Positions 18,415 to 26,121 of a stretch of DNA of 31,471 nt are shown here, in pieces. This DNA comes from a virus. Taxonomy: Duplodnaviria; Caudoviricetes. Positions within the stretch are counted from its first letter, which is position 1. Each line of letters opens with the position of its first letter. The DNA lies in IMG/VR virus record IMGVR_UViG_3300017912_001626, positions 1-31,471 of that record; one strand, 5' to 3'. Made by a program: the position numbers and the translations under genes. The notes beneath the pieces are model-generated. The model worked only from the letters and a program-made list of their open reading frames with translations. It was not told the DNA's origin and searched no databases.

Positions 18415-18942
18415 GTGAAGCTTGCACAGCCCTGGCCAGAGGGATACAACATCAATGCTCGATCCCCTTATGGGTGGAGGGTTCACCCTATTACTGGGAA
18501 GCGCAAGTTTCACCATGGGGTAGATGTTGCTGCACCCACTGGCACACCCCTAACCGCCCCCGCCGACGGTGTAATCGTGCATAAAGGCGCTGGTGGTTCT
18601 GGCGGGTACACGCTCATCATCAAGCACGCCTCAGACTTTTACACGGTCTACTACCACTTACAAAAACCATCACACTTGCTGAAGGGGACTCGCGTCAAGT
18701 GTTGCGAGCCTATAGGTTTCATTGGGAATACTGGCGCTAGTACAGGCCCCCACTTGCATTGGGAGGTGAGGCGTTCCCGCACTTGGGGTGACACTACCGA
18801 CCCTGTTCCGTACCTCGAAGCAGAGGAAAAGCCTTCGGATAAAATAGAAGAGACCAAACCGGAGCCAGCCAAACCGGAACCGGTGAAACCGATGAGCGCG
18901 AGACTTGTAAAGTTCTTTGCCATTAGGAAGGCATTGCGATAA
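18415..18942 (+). CDS. M23-family peptidase endolysin
   Basis: HHGVD (HxxxD), YYHL and GNTGASTGPHLHWE motifs. Confidence 0.92.
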   Translation: MKLAQPWPEGYNINARSPYGWRVHPITGKRKFHHGVDVAAPTGTPLTAPADGVIVHKGAGGSGGYTLIIKHASDFYTVYYHLQKPSHLLKGTRVKCCEPIGFIGNTGASTGPHLHWEVRRSRTWGDTTDPVPYLEAEEKPSDKIEETKPEPAKPEPVKPMSARLVKFFAIRKALR

Positions 18943-19202
18943 TGGCTGAAGAATCATCCACCCGTATCACAATGAAAGAGCTGTATATTCAGGTGCAGAA
19001 GATTCAGTCAATGCTTGAGAAGCTGACAGCCCAACTACCTTCTATCTCTGACAAGCTTGATGAGTTGGAGGAGGATGTGAACGTTCGGTTGAACGATCAC
19101 GAAACGCGACTAAGGCGCATTGAAATGCGGATGTGGCAAGGTCTCGGCATTTTGTCCTTCCTGTTTGCGGTGGTCCCCCTGCTACTGTCATTTATGCCCT
19201 AA
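18942..19202 (+). CDS. Coiled-coil protein with C-terminal transmembrane helix (lysis cassette)
   Basis: DHETRLRRIE followed by a hydrophobic tail. Confidence 0.7.
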   Translation: MAEESSTRITMKELYIQVQKIQSMLEKLTAQLPSISDKLDELEEDVNVRLNDHETRLRRIEMRMWQGLGILSFLFAVVPLLLSFMP

Positions 19203-19205
19203 TTT

Positions 19206-19487
19206 ATGTTGCGCCAACTGATTGAACCTTACATTCGAGGAGTGAAGTACATTATGAGCCAACCATCTTGGAAGAACCGTAGGCGCTACATTTTCGCCTC
19301 GTTTGTTATTGGGGCTTTCATGCTTGTCGCAAGTTCTCTGGCAGCGCTGACTGGGGCCATGACGGACATTAGCGATTTAGTTACTGGTGGTGTAGCGTTG
19401 ATCACGCTCATACTCACCAGTTATATTTTCGGTGCTGTGTGGGAAGACAAGTCACTTCATAGGAAAGAGGAAAACCCTGATGGATAA
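19206..19487 (+). CDS. Two-TM membrane protein, holin-like (true start may be ATG at 19254)
   Basis: WKNRRR followed by two hydrophobic helices; GAGGAG precedes the downstream ATG. Confidence 0.65.
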   Translation: MLRQLIEPYIRGVKYIMSQPSWKNRRRYIFASFVIGAFMLVASSLAALTGAMTDISDLVTGGVALITLILTSYIFGAVWEDKSLHRKEENPDG

Positions 19488-19689
19488 AATTCGCGCTTAT
19501 TTTAAGTACGCCACGGAAAGAGCTGTGAAAACAATCGCTCAGACCGCGCTCGCAACTATTGGTGGGACAGCGTTGGGTGTGATGGATGTAAACTGGGTAT
19601 CCGTCTTGTCAATCAGCGCACTTGCTGGAATCATGTCGCTGTTGACTTCGGTTCTTCAGTATGACCGTGTACCAGCAGAGGAGAAGTAG
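19480..19689 (+). CDS. Holin (r1t-like)
   Basis: ATERAVKTIAQTALA...VNW...SLLTS signature; GAGG SD before MDKIR. Confidence 0.85.
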   Translation: MDKIRAYFKYATERAVKTIAQTALATIGGTALGVMDVNWVSVLSISALAGIMSLLTSVLQYDRVPAEEK

Positions 19690-19778
19690 TGGCCGATTTG
19701 GATTTGTTTGAGAACATCAATGGGGTTGTTTGCCCGATTGATCCGGCAGAAGCAGAGATGTGCGAATCCTGTCAATAA
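19689..19778 (+). CDS. Acidic microprotein, 29 aa (MADLDLFENINGVVCPIDPAEAEMCESCQ)
   Basis: GAGGAG SD; TAGTG overlap with the holin; C-terminal C-x9-CxxC-Q. Confidence 0.65.
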   Translation: MADLDLFENINGVVCPIDPAEAEMCESCQ

Positions 19779-19796
19779 TTATGTTATAGTTGGGAT

Positions 19797-19857
19797 GTTC
19801 ATTTGATATTCCTTTCTTGAAGCCCCCGGATTGTCCACCACAGTCCGGGGGTTTTCT
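19797..19857 (+). ncRNA. Candidate anti-RBS small RNA
   Basis: Extended -10 TGTTATAGT at 19782-19790; unstructured TTCATTTGATATTCCTTTCT followed by a terminator; complementary to accessory-gene RBS and ATG. Confidence 0.5.
19819..19857 (+). terminator. Terminator between the convergent late operon and HTH gene
   Basis: AAGCCCCCGGA...TCCGGGGGTTTT hairpin. Confidence 0.85.
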
Positions 19858-20063
19858 TATTCAATCCATTGGTGGATAGTGCGACGAGTTACACCAGCTT
19901 TCTTAGCTAACTCGGTCACACCGATTCCTTCGGCGTAGCCTTCGCGTACTTTGTCCCGGAGTACTTCTGTGACGATTTGTAGGCGCGATAATTCCCAGTC
20001 GCGCATGTCAGCGATCATGTCAAGTGAGTACCCAGCTATGTGGGCTTTTGTCATTTCTTGCAT
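19857..20063 (-). CDS. Small HTH DNA-binding protein
   Basis: VTELAKKAGVTRRTIHQW HTH; leaderless, with TACTAT then 6 nt then ATG. Confidence 0.8.
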   Translation of the reverse strand: MQEMTKAHIAGYSLDMIADMRDWELSRLQIVTEVLRDKVREGYAEGIGVTELAKKAGVTRRTIHQWIE

Positions 20064-20129
20064 AACTTTATAGTACCGGTTGAACGTTAAATCCTTGTGT
20101 ATGTCGGTTGTGTGTGGTTTACTGACGCC

Positions 20130-20273
20130 ATGAGGAAAAGGGAAACCTACAAACGTAGGAAAACTATGATCGTGGAGGTTAGAGAGTTTTGGCTTCTACT
20201 CGGTGCTGCAAGTTTTTTTGCTAGCGCTTGTGTTGTGTTGACGTTCGTTGTTGCATATTTAGTGAAAGGGTAA
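20130..20273 (+). CDS. Small membrane protein, 47 aa (basic N-terminus plus one TM); absent from the ORF track
   Basis: MRKRETYKRRKTMIVEVREFWLLLGAASFFASACVVLTFVVAYLVKG; fills the gap before 20278. Confidence 0.55.
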   Translation: MRKRETYKRRKTMIVEVREFWLLLGAASFFASACVVLTFVVAYLVKG

Positions 20274-20277
20274 GGGA

Positions 20278-20484
20278 ATGTTTGAAGTTGAGAGACACCA
20301 TGATGAGATTGTGGTCACGTCTGAGCATGGTTTTGATTGTGTGCACCGTGGAGGGACGGGGACACTGGTTTTGACCGTCAGAGAGGCGCGTGCGCTCACT
20401 GAGCAGCTAATGGAGGCCACACTCCCGGGGTCGTTTGAGTTTGTTCTCACATCCAGTAGTGTGCCGGACCCGGAGGACGGTTAA
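20278..20484 (+). CDS. Hypothetical protein
   Basis: AAAGGG SD; its stop overlaps the whiB stop (TTAA). Confidence 0.65.
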   Translation: MFEVERHHDEIVVTSEHGFDCVHRGGTGTLVLTVREARALTEQLMEATLPGSFEFVLTSSSVPDPEDG

Positions 20485-20741
20485 CGTTCGTTAGGGAGTG
20501 TCCCACCCCACACGCCGTATTGTTCTTTATTCGTTACCGCGTACAGTAAACAGTCGAGGATGATGGGGCACTCCTTACACAGGTTTTTTGCCATGTTGCC
20601 TGCTTGCCGCCGTAACCCTGATTGTGGTGGGAAGTCGTCGGGGAAGAATATCTCTGGCACTTCTCGACACGGTATGTGGTCGGCTTCTTGTATTTTTTGT
20701 TGTAGTTCCAGATAGGTGTATTCCTGTCGGCGGTGTCCCAT
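20481..20741 (-). CDS. whiB: WhiB-family Fe-S transcription factor
   Basis: Four Cys (C...CxxC...C), FFP and YGVWGG motifs. Confidence 0.93.
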   Translation of the reverse strand: MGHRRQEYTYLELQQKIQEADHIPCREVPEIFFPDDFPPQSGLRRQAGNMAKNLCKECPIILDCLLYAVTNKEQYGVWGGTLPNER

Positions 20742-20753
20742 AAGGTGATTGTA
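20725..20753. promoter_or_regulatory. Overlapping divergent leaderless promoters; the + promoter matches the PafBC/RecA-NDp consensus
   Basis: + strand TGTCGG-N10-TAAGGT-N6-ATG; - strand TACAAT-N6-ATG. Confidence 0.65.
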
Positions 20754-21658
20754 TGAGAAATGAATCAGAGTTCCAAGTTCTTGATCTTGAAACGTTCAAC
20801 GGCGCGTTGAATCTGGGTGTGTTTGACTCGGGTAGCCCGGAGTGGAACGAGTTGCGGTCCCGCGGTATTGGTGGGTCTGAGATTGGGACAATCATGGGTT
20901 TGAACCCGTGGGAGTCAGCGTTTGCTTTGTGGGCGAAACGTACAGGGCAGATTCCCGATCCGCCGTTGGAGGGGTGGAGTATTCGGTTCGGTAGGGCGTT
21001 CGAGTTACCTATTTTGCAAATGTGGGCTGAGGAGCACCCCGAGTATGAAGTGTTTTTGACGGGCACTTGGCAGCACCCCGACATTGAGTTCCTACTTGCT
21101 AACCCTGATGCTTTGGCGCGTCACAGGGAGACTGGTGAGTGGATTGTTGTGGAGATTAAGACTGCTCGTGGGTCTTGGGGTGAAACACCACCTAACTATC
21201 GTGCCCAGGTGTTGCACTATATGACGGTGTTGAACCTGGAGAAGGCTGTGATTGTTGCTGTTGCTGGTTGGAATTATGAGGAACGTTGGGTTGAGTATGA
21301 CGAGTTTGAGGCTGATTCTCAACTGGCTGCTGCGGCGCGGTTTTGGGAGCATTTACAGAATGTGCAGAAACCTGACTGGGATGGGTCTAAGGCAACGTAT
21401 GAGGCTGTCCGGTATATGCACCCTGACATTGAGGATGATGAGAAAGATGTGGGCGGTATGGGTTTCCTCCTTGTTGAGGCCCACAACGCTTATCAGAAGG
21501 CCGAGCATTGGTTGAACCAGTGGAAGTCCAAAGTGTTGGATGAGATGGGCACCGCTAAATACGCTTATGTGATGCGTGATGGTAAGAAGTGGGTTGTGGC
21601 GCAACGTCAGGCCCGTGGTCAGGGTAAGCCTTGGCTGGTAGTGAAAGGAGATAAATGA
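20753..21658 (+). CDS. YqaJ / lambda-exonuclease-like recombination nuclease
   Basis: Motifs RSRGIGGSE, LLANPDA, VEIKT, YRAQVLHYM. Confidence 0.92.
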   Translation: MRNESEFQVLDLETFNGALNLGVFDSGSPEWNELRSRGIGGSEIGTIMGLNPWESAFALWAKRTGQIPDPPLEGWSIRFGRAFELPILQMWAEEHPEYEVFLTGTWQHPDIEFLLANPDALARHRETGEWIVVEIKTARGSWGETPPNYRAQVLHYMTVLNLEKAVIVAVAGWNYEERWVEYDEFEADSQLAAAARFWEHLQNVQKPDWDGSKATYEAVRYMHPDIEDDEKDVGGMGFLLVEAHNAYQKAEHWLNQWKSKVLDEMGTAKYAYVMRDGKKWVVAQRQARGQGKPWLVVKGDK

Positions 21659-21951
21659 TGGTAAAACTGCATGAGATTACTCCCGAGTTGGTCAGACAGT
21701 TATCGGATAAGTTGGAACAGGATGAGATTAGGTCTTTGGTTGCTGCCGAGGTTAGGTCTTTGTCTGATCAATGGAAATTGGCAGAAATTGAAACTATGGA
21801 GCTTTTAGCTCGGTGTCAGGTGCGTGCAATCAAATTGACGAATTTGGGTGTTCCCAAGTCGGAGGTTGCGCGTATGTTTGATGTGAATGTTAGAACTGTT
21901 GGCAAATGGATAAAGTCTGCTGTGCGGATACCGGTGAGAGGAGTTAGATGA
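21655..21951 (+). CDS. Protein with C-terminal HTH
   Basis: KSEVARMFDVNVRTVGKW; AAAGGAG SD. Confidence 0.7.
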   Translation: MMVKLHEITPELVRQLSDKLEQDEIRSLVAAEVRSLSDQWKLAEIETMELLARCQVRAIKLTNLGVPKSEVARMFDVNVRTVGKWIKSAVRIPVRGVR

Positions 21952-22469
21952 TGGGGTGGAACCCGAACGATTATGAAATGGTTGAGGTCAGGATTCGCAA
22001 GTTCTTGGAGCAGTATGAGGATGGTCGGATTTGGACTGAGCTGATTCCTAATGAGAATGAATGGATTTTCAAGGGGTTTGTGTATTTGACTGTGGGTGAT
22101 CAGGCTGCGGATTTGCCGAAGGGGTCTGGTTACGCCACGGAGAAGAAGGGTTCCAGCCCGTTTGCTGCGGAAATAGCGGAAACGAGCGCAATCGGTAGGG
22201 CGCTTGCGACGATGGGATTGCACGGTTCTAAGCGTGCTTCTCGTGAGGAGATGCGTAAGGTGCCGAATCCGACACGCGATTTTATCACCGAGGCTAAACA
22301 GGCTGACTCGGCTGATGCGTTACGGTTGTTATGGACAGAAGCTAAAGCTGCTGGTGCTAGTAAACAGATATTGGATGAGGTGCAGGGTTATGCCGAGAGA
22401 CTTGAGGGTCCTGCGGGCAAGCGTGCAGGAGGTACTTCAGGCGTATCTGGAAGCAGTGCGAAGAAATGA
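21948..22469 (+). CDS. Putative single-strand annealing protein (Rad52/Sak-like)
   Basis: AEIAETSAIGRALA motif; next to the exonuclease. Confidence 0.6.
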   Translation: MMGWNPNDYEMVEVRIRKFLEQYEDGRIWTELIPNENEWIFKGFVYLTVGDQAADLPKGSGYATEKKGSSPFAAEIAETSAIGRALATMGLHGSKRASREEMRKVPNPTRDFITEAKQADSADALRLLWTEAKAAGASKQILDEVQGYAERLEGPAGKRAGGTSGVSGSSAKK

Positions 22470-22575
22470 TCAGGACCAAGTACCGTTCTGGCGTGGTGTG
22501 CTTCTGGAGAGGATGGCGTTGGTAGATGCTGCCGTCAAACATTGTCAAAGAGCTTCAGGAACTAACTCAGACTAA
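22390..22575 (+). CDS. Possible overlapping hypothetical protein (MPRDLRVLRASVQEVLQAY...)
   Basis: GAGGTG upstream; amphipathic helix; overlaps both neighbours. Confidence 0.35.
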   Translation: MPRDLRVLRASVQEVLQAYLEAVRRNDQDQVPFWRGVLLERMALVDAAVKHCQRASGTNSD

Positions 22576-22852
22576 CCGTAGGGGTGTTGATGCTCTGTTC
22601 GAGGCCGAATCAGAATTGGCTGAGGCGGAGCACGAGTTGGACAGGGTTGAGGCGCACGCTTTTCTTGAGGCGCAAGGTACTGTCGCAGACCGGCAAGCGT
22701 TAGCGCGTTTGGAGGCTGCGGATGCTCGGTTGGCGCGTGACATTGCTAAGGCGAAGGTCAATCGTGTCAGGACAAAGCTGAAGGTTATTGAGTCGGAGAT
22801 TATGGCTCAGGCCACCATGTCAAAGATGATGCAAGCGGAGATGAAACTGTAG
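22526..22852 (+). CDS. Coiled-coil hypothetical protein (possible recombination mediator)
   Basis: All-helical heptad pattern; located in the recombination cluster. Confidence 0.65.
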   Translation: MLPSNIVKELQELTQTNRRGVDALFEAESELAEAEHELDRVEAHAFLEAQGTVADRQALARLEAADARLARDIAKAKVNRVRTKLKVIESEIMAQATMSKMMQAEMKL

Positions 22853-22861
22853 ACTACCCGC

Positions 22862-23203
22862 ATGGGAAAACCTTGGGGTAGTGAGATTGATTGGTTCCAA
22901 GGGGAACATTTCACGGTTGGTCAATTCCTGTTGTTAGAGGGCAAACGCACTTCTTTGCATTTGCATGAGAATCAAACACATTTTTGGTTTGTTGAGGCAG
23001 GTAACGGTGAACTTGTCATTGAGGACACAACGTATCTGATTGGTCCTGGTGATTCGATTCACATTGACCGTGAGCAGATTCACCGCTTGTCGGCGAGTAT
23101 CGGCAATATGCAAATCTTTTTTGTAACGTCTGGGTTGATTGATCCTAGTGATGTTGTGAGATTTGAGGATGATTATGGCAGGGCAGATAAAGCCTTCGGT
23201 TAG
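22862..23203 (+). CDS. Cupin-domain protein (resembles the mannose-6-phosphate isomerase C-terminal domain)
   Basis: Motifs KPWG, SLHLHE, GPGDSIHI...HRL, DVVRFEDDYGR. Confidence 0.8.
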   Translation: MGKPWGSEIDWFQGEHFTVGQFLLLEGKRTSLHLHENQTHFWFVEAGNGELVIEDTTYLIGPGDSIHIDREQIHRLSASIGNMQIFFVTSGLIDPSDVVRFEDDYGRADKAFG

Positions 23204-23540
23204 GAAACTGGTTGAGGCACGCGATCGGGCGTGTTGGCATTGTGGGCGTGAGGATGAGTTGCAGGTGCATCACCGCCGTAACCGGGGTATGGGTGGCACG
23301 AAGGGAAAAACTGCGGAGGCCACGAATAGTCCACAGAACCTTATTCGGGTGTGTGCTGACTATAACTTTTTGATGGAGTCTAATGCTCGGGTGGCTGCTC
23401 AGGCGCGTGGTTGGGGTCACAAACTGTCGGCATGGGATGACGCTTCAGTGCCGGTTTTTGATTGCGCGACTTTCACCTGGTATGTTCTTACGCACGAAGG
23501 CGAGAAGGTTGAGGTAGTTTTCCAAGACGACGCCTGGTAA
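23175..23540 (+). CDS. HNH endonuclease
   Basis: RDRACWHCG...VHHRRNRGMGG...NLIRVC; GAGG SD before MAGQ. Confidence 0.8.
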   Translation: MAGQIKPSVRKLVEARDRACWHCGREDELQVHHRRNRGMGGTKGKTAEATNSPQNLIRVCADYNFLMESNARVAAQARGWGHKLSAWDDASVPVFDCATFTWYVLTHEGEKVEVVFQDDAW

Positions 23541-23549
23541 GAAAGGGAA

Positions 23550-23765
23550 TTGGTGGAAGTCAGAGACGAACGATTTGATTACTCGTATAAGAAAGTGAAC
23601 GAGTATTTCAAACAGTTGACGCCTACGCAGATGAAACGTCAACGGTGGCAAATGTATTTACATGCGGGTCGTTATATTGAGGGTGCGCGTGATCACAACG
23701 CAAAGGTAGCTTGGGACCTGTATTTGGAGAGGTGGCATTATGAAGGAAAGCGGCATTTATCGTAA
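23550..23765 (+). CDS. Hypothetical protein
   Basis: AAAGGGAA SD; in the operon. Confidence 0.6.
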   Translation: MVEVRDERFDYSYKKVNEYFKQLTPTQMKRQRWQMYLHAGRYIEGARDHNAKVAWDLYLERWHYEGKRHLS

Positions 23766-24414
23766 CCGTTTACCGGTTGACGAGAACTTTACGATTGTTC
23801 CGAACGAGTGGTTGCGTAACACAGGGTTGTCCCCTGTTGCGAACTTTTTGCTCGTGTATTTGTTGTCGCATGAGATTGGTTATGAGATTCGTGTGCGGCA
23901 GATTGTTGCGGAAACGAAGATTGGTGTGAAGGCGTTTAGGTCTGCAATTAAGGAGTTGCAGGCTGAAAATTGGGTATCGGTATCCAGGGTGAAGAACAGT
24001 GATGGGACGCTTGGTTCGTACCGTTATGAGTTGGTTTCATCCAGAGTGCCCCAAGGCACTGTGGCTCGAAGCACTGTGGACGGAAGCACTGTGGCTGAGG
24101 GCACTCTCTTAAGAAAACAATTAAGAGAAAACAACTATAGAGAAGACAATAAGAGAGCTATTAAGCTTCCTAATGATTGGAAACCTTCTGAACGGTTGAT
24201 GGGGATGTTTGATTCTAAGTGGCCTGACGTTGATCGGGATTATGAGGTTGAGCAGTTTCAAACGTATTGGTGGGCTTCTGGGAAGACTAAGGTTGATTGG
24301 GATATGACGTTTCAGAATTGGATGGGTCGGGCACAAAAGCGTTCGGGTCGTAGCACGACCTCTGCTACTTTGAGAGCTGAAGCGCTTGCTGAAATGGAAA
24401 GGGGAGAACAGTAA
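23740..24414 (+). CDS. Replication initiator (N-terminal winged HTH, C-terminal DnaT/DnaD-like)
   Basis: FTIVPNEWLR...LS and DWDMTFQNW motifs; carries internal iterons. Confidence 0.8.
   Translation: MKESGIYRNRLPVDENFTIVPNEWLRNTGLSPVANFLLVYLLSHEIGYEIRVRQIVAETKIGVKAFRSAIKELQAENWVSVSRVKNSDGTLGSYRYELVSSRVPQGTVARSTVDGSTVAEGTLLRKQLRENNYREDNKRAIKLPNDWKPSERLMGMFDSKWPDVDRDYEVEQFQTYWWASGKTKVDWDMTFQNWMGRAQKRSGRSTTSATLRAEALAEMERGEQ
24043..24165. repeat. Replication origin: iterons plus an AT-rich tract
   Basis: GCACTGTGG at 24056, 24071 and 24086 and GCACTCT at 24101 (15-bp period), followed by an A-rich tract. Confidence 0.75.
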
Positions 24415-24606
24415 ATGTTTGAAAAATGGAAAGAAAAGTATCGTCGAGAAGGTCGGCGTCAACAACTTGAATACTTCAGAATAAAGTGTGAAGAGTTGCA
24501 CGGCGAGTATTACCACATGGATGACCCTCCGGCTGCTTATTACACTGAAGCGCTAATTGAGTATTTGCAATCTGAGATTGAGGATGGGGAGTGGGATTTT
24601 GAATAA
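24415..24606 (+). CDS. Hypothetical protein
   Basis: AGGGGAG SD; abuts the initiator gene. Confidence 0.6.
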   Translation: MFEKWKEKYRREGRRQQLEYFRIKCEELHGEYYHMDDPPAAYYTEALIEYLQSEIEDGEWDFE

Positions 24607-25012
24607 GTCAGAAGTGAAACTGTTGTTGGCGGATGTTGCCGCTATTGATAACCGTCGTGTGACGGATGAGACCGTGACGGCTTGGCACGCTGTTCTGGGG
24701 CATTTATCTTTACCTGTTGCCCAGAAGGCGTTGGTGTTGGCACGCCAGGATGAGAAGGTTGAGTATTTGGAGCCTCGGCATATTGTGGCTAGGGGTAGGG
24801 ATGCTCGTATGGCGATTGATAGGTCGGCTGCTGATCGTGCTGAGGAGGCTTCGTGGCGGTCTGATCCGGAACCTATTTGTGTGCCTCACGATATTGGTAT
24901 TACGAAGTGTGCGCCGTGTATTGCGTTGTTGGTGAAGCATACGGAGGGTATGACGATTGATGCGCGACACAGGTGGGCGATGACGAACATTGGTTACAAG
25001 GAAGTAGCCTAG
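24599..25012 (+). CDS. Putative helicase loader / replisome protein
   Basis: MNKSEVKLLLA...DNR...AWHAVL pattern after the initiator; TTG start with GGGAG. Confidence 0.55.
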   Translation: MNKSEVKLLLADVAAIDNRRVTDETVTAWHAVLGHLSLPVAQKALVLARQDEKVEYLEPRHIVARGRDARMAIDRSAADRAEEASWRSDPEPICVPHDIGITKCAPCIALLVKHTEGMTIDARHRWAMTNIGYKEVA

Positions 25013-25021
25013 AATGTCTGG

Positions 25022-25285
25022 GTGGCTTGGATTGAGTGTCGGCGGTGCGGTTTACGCTGGGACTCGAACGTCTCTAACCGGAACGCGCAGATTTGTTCTT
25101 CGTGTAGGGCCACAAGGTCTAAAACGGTCAATGGGGCGTTGGGTAAGTGTCATCCTTGGCATGGTGACTTCGCTGAGGATGAGATAACACCTGTGGATAG
25201 TGATGGTGTGGCAATCTTGCCCGGTAGAAGAAAATGCGGTAAACAGGATTGTGTAAATGTTGATCATGTTGAAAGGGAAAAGTAA
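25022..25285 (+). CDS. Zn-finger hypothetical protein
   Basis: Two CxxC motifs and CGKQDCVNVDH. Confidence 0.65.
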   Translation: MAWIECRRCGLRWDSNVSNRNAQICSSCRATRSKTVNGALGKCHPWHGDFAEDEITPVDSDGVAILPGRRKCGKQDCVNVDHVEREK

Positions 25286-25662
25286 TGGCTGTTGACATCA
25301 AGTTTGAAGGGTTTGTGAACGGTATCCGTCAGTTTGAGTGGGGAACCGTGTATGACGTTGCTCACAACCAGATGATGAAGGACGAGCAAGGTGAGTGGAA
25401 GGTTGACGGGAAAGACTATTTTTCTGTCACTGGTCCTGCCGGTTTTGAGGAAGGCGACAGGGTTGCTGTTGTTGGTCGTATGAAGACGAAACTGTTTGAC
25501 AAGAAGGACGGCAGCAAGGGTGTTTCGTTGAACGTCCGGGCTACTGAAATGTCGAAGGTGGAGCGTCGTGGTGGCGGTCAACCGGCACAGTCAAGCCAGC
25601 AAGCGCTCACTGAGGTGTTTGGTGACACGTTGAAGGGCATTGACGAGCAGGCCCCGTTCTAA
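25285..25662 (+). CDS. ssb: Single-stranded DNA-binding protein
   Basis: OB-fold motif GDRVAVVGRMKT and acidic tail DEQAPF. Confidence 0.88.
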   Translation: MAVDIKFEGFVNGIRQFEWGTVYDVAHNQMMKDEQGEWKVDGKDYFSVTGPAGFEEGDRVAVVGRMKTKLFDKKDGSKGVSLNVRATEMSKVERRGGGQPAQSSQQALTEVFGDTLKGIDEQAPF

Positions 25663-25670
25663 AATAGAAT

Positions 25671-26084
25671 GTGGAGCTTTTCTTCGAGGTTTATGGAATC
25701 CCTGCCCCGCAAGGCTCAAAAAAGAGTATCGGTGGTGGGCGGTTTATTGAGGCTTCTAAAAAACTACCGCCGTGGCGTAAAAGGGTTAGGGAGGCGGCTG
25801 AGTCCGCTGTCGCTGATCAGTCTTGGTCTACGCTTTCTGGAGCTGCGGAACTCAGTGTCGTTTTCTTCCTACCTCGCCCAAAATCCGTTACCGCAGGTAA
25901 ACGCTTACTCCCGACCACGCCACCCGACATCGACAAGCTTATTCGCGCCGTCGCCGACAGTTGCTCGGATGCCTTAGTTTGGGAAGATGATTCGCTCGTT
26001 TGCAAAGTGAGCGCATACAAAATGTATGACGACACGCGGGAGCCTGGGGCTATGATAACTGTCAAACCTTTGATGCTAGTTTGA
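25671..26084 (+). CDS. rusA: RusA-like Holliday junction resolvase
   Basis: Motifs GIPAPQGSK, PDIDKLIRAVAD, WEDDS. Confidence 0.9.
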   Translation: MELFFEVYGIPAPQGSKKSIGGGRFIEASKKLPPWRKRVREAAESAVADQSWSTLSGAAELSVVFFLPRPKSVTAGKRLLPTTPPDIDKLIRAVADSCSDALVWEDDSLVCKVSAYKMYDDTREPGAMITVKPLMLV

Positions 26085-26121
26085 CGATATTCGGTTAGAC
26101 TCTAACCAAGGGAAGGGAAAA

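Noticed and set aside
18225-18480. Duplicated endolysin segment as a DGR template/variable repeat pair
   Set aside because: No reverse transcriptase in the window; mismatches are not adenine-specific; the repeat is at the 5' end of the gene.
19857-20063. HTH gene as a CI-type immunity repressor implying lysogeny
   Set aside because: Only 68 aa with a C-terminal HTH, no peptidase domain, and no integrase or partition genes in the window.
23175-23540. HNH as an intron-encoded homing endonuclease
   Set aside because: The flanking genes are intact and unrelated; no split gene or intron core was seen.
25669-25977. Alternative-frame ORF over rusA
   Set aside because: The 25671 frame carries all the RusA motifs; this frame has none.
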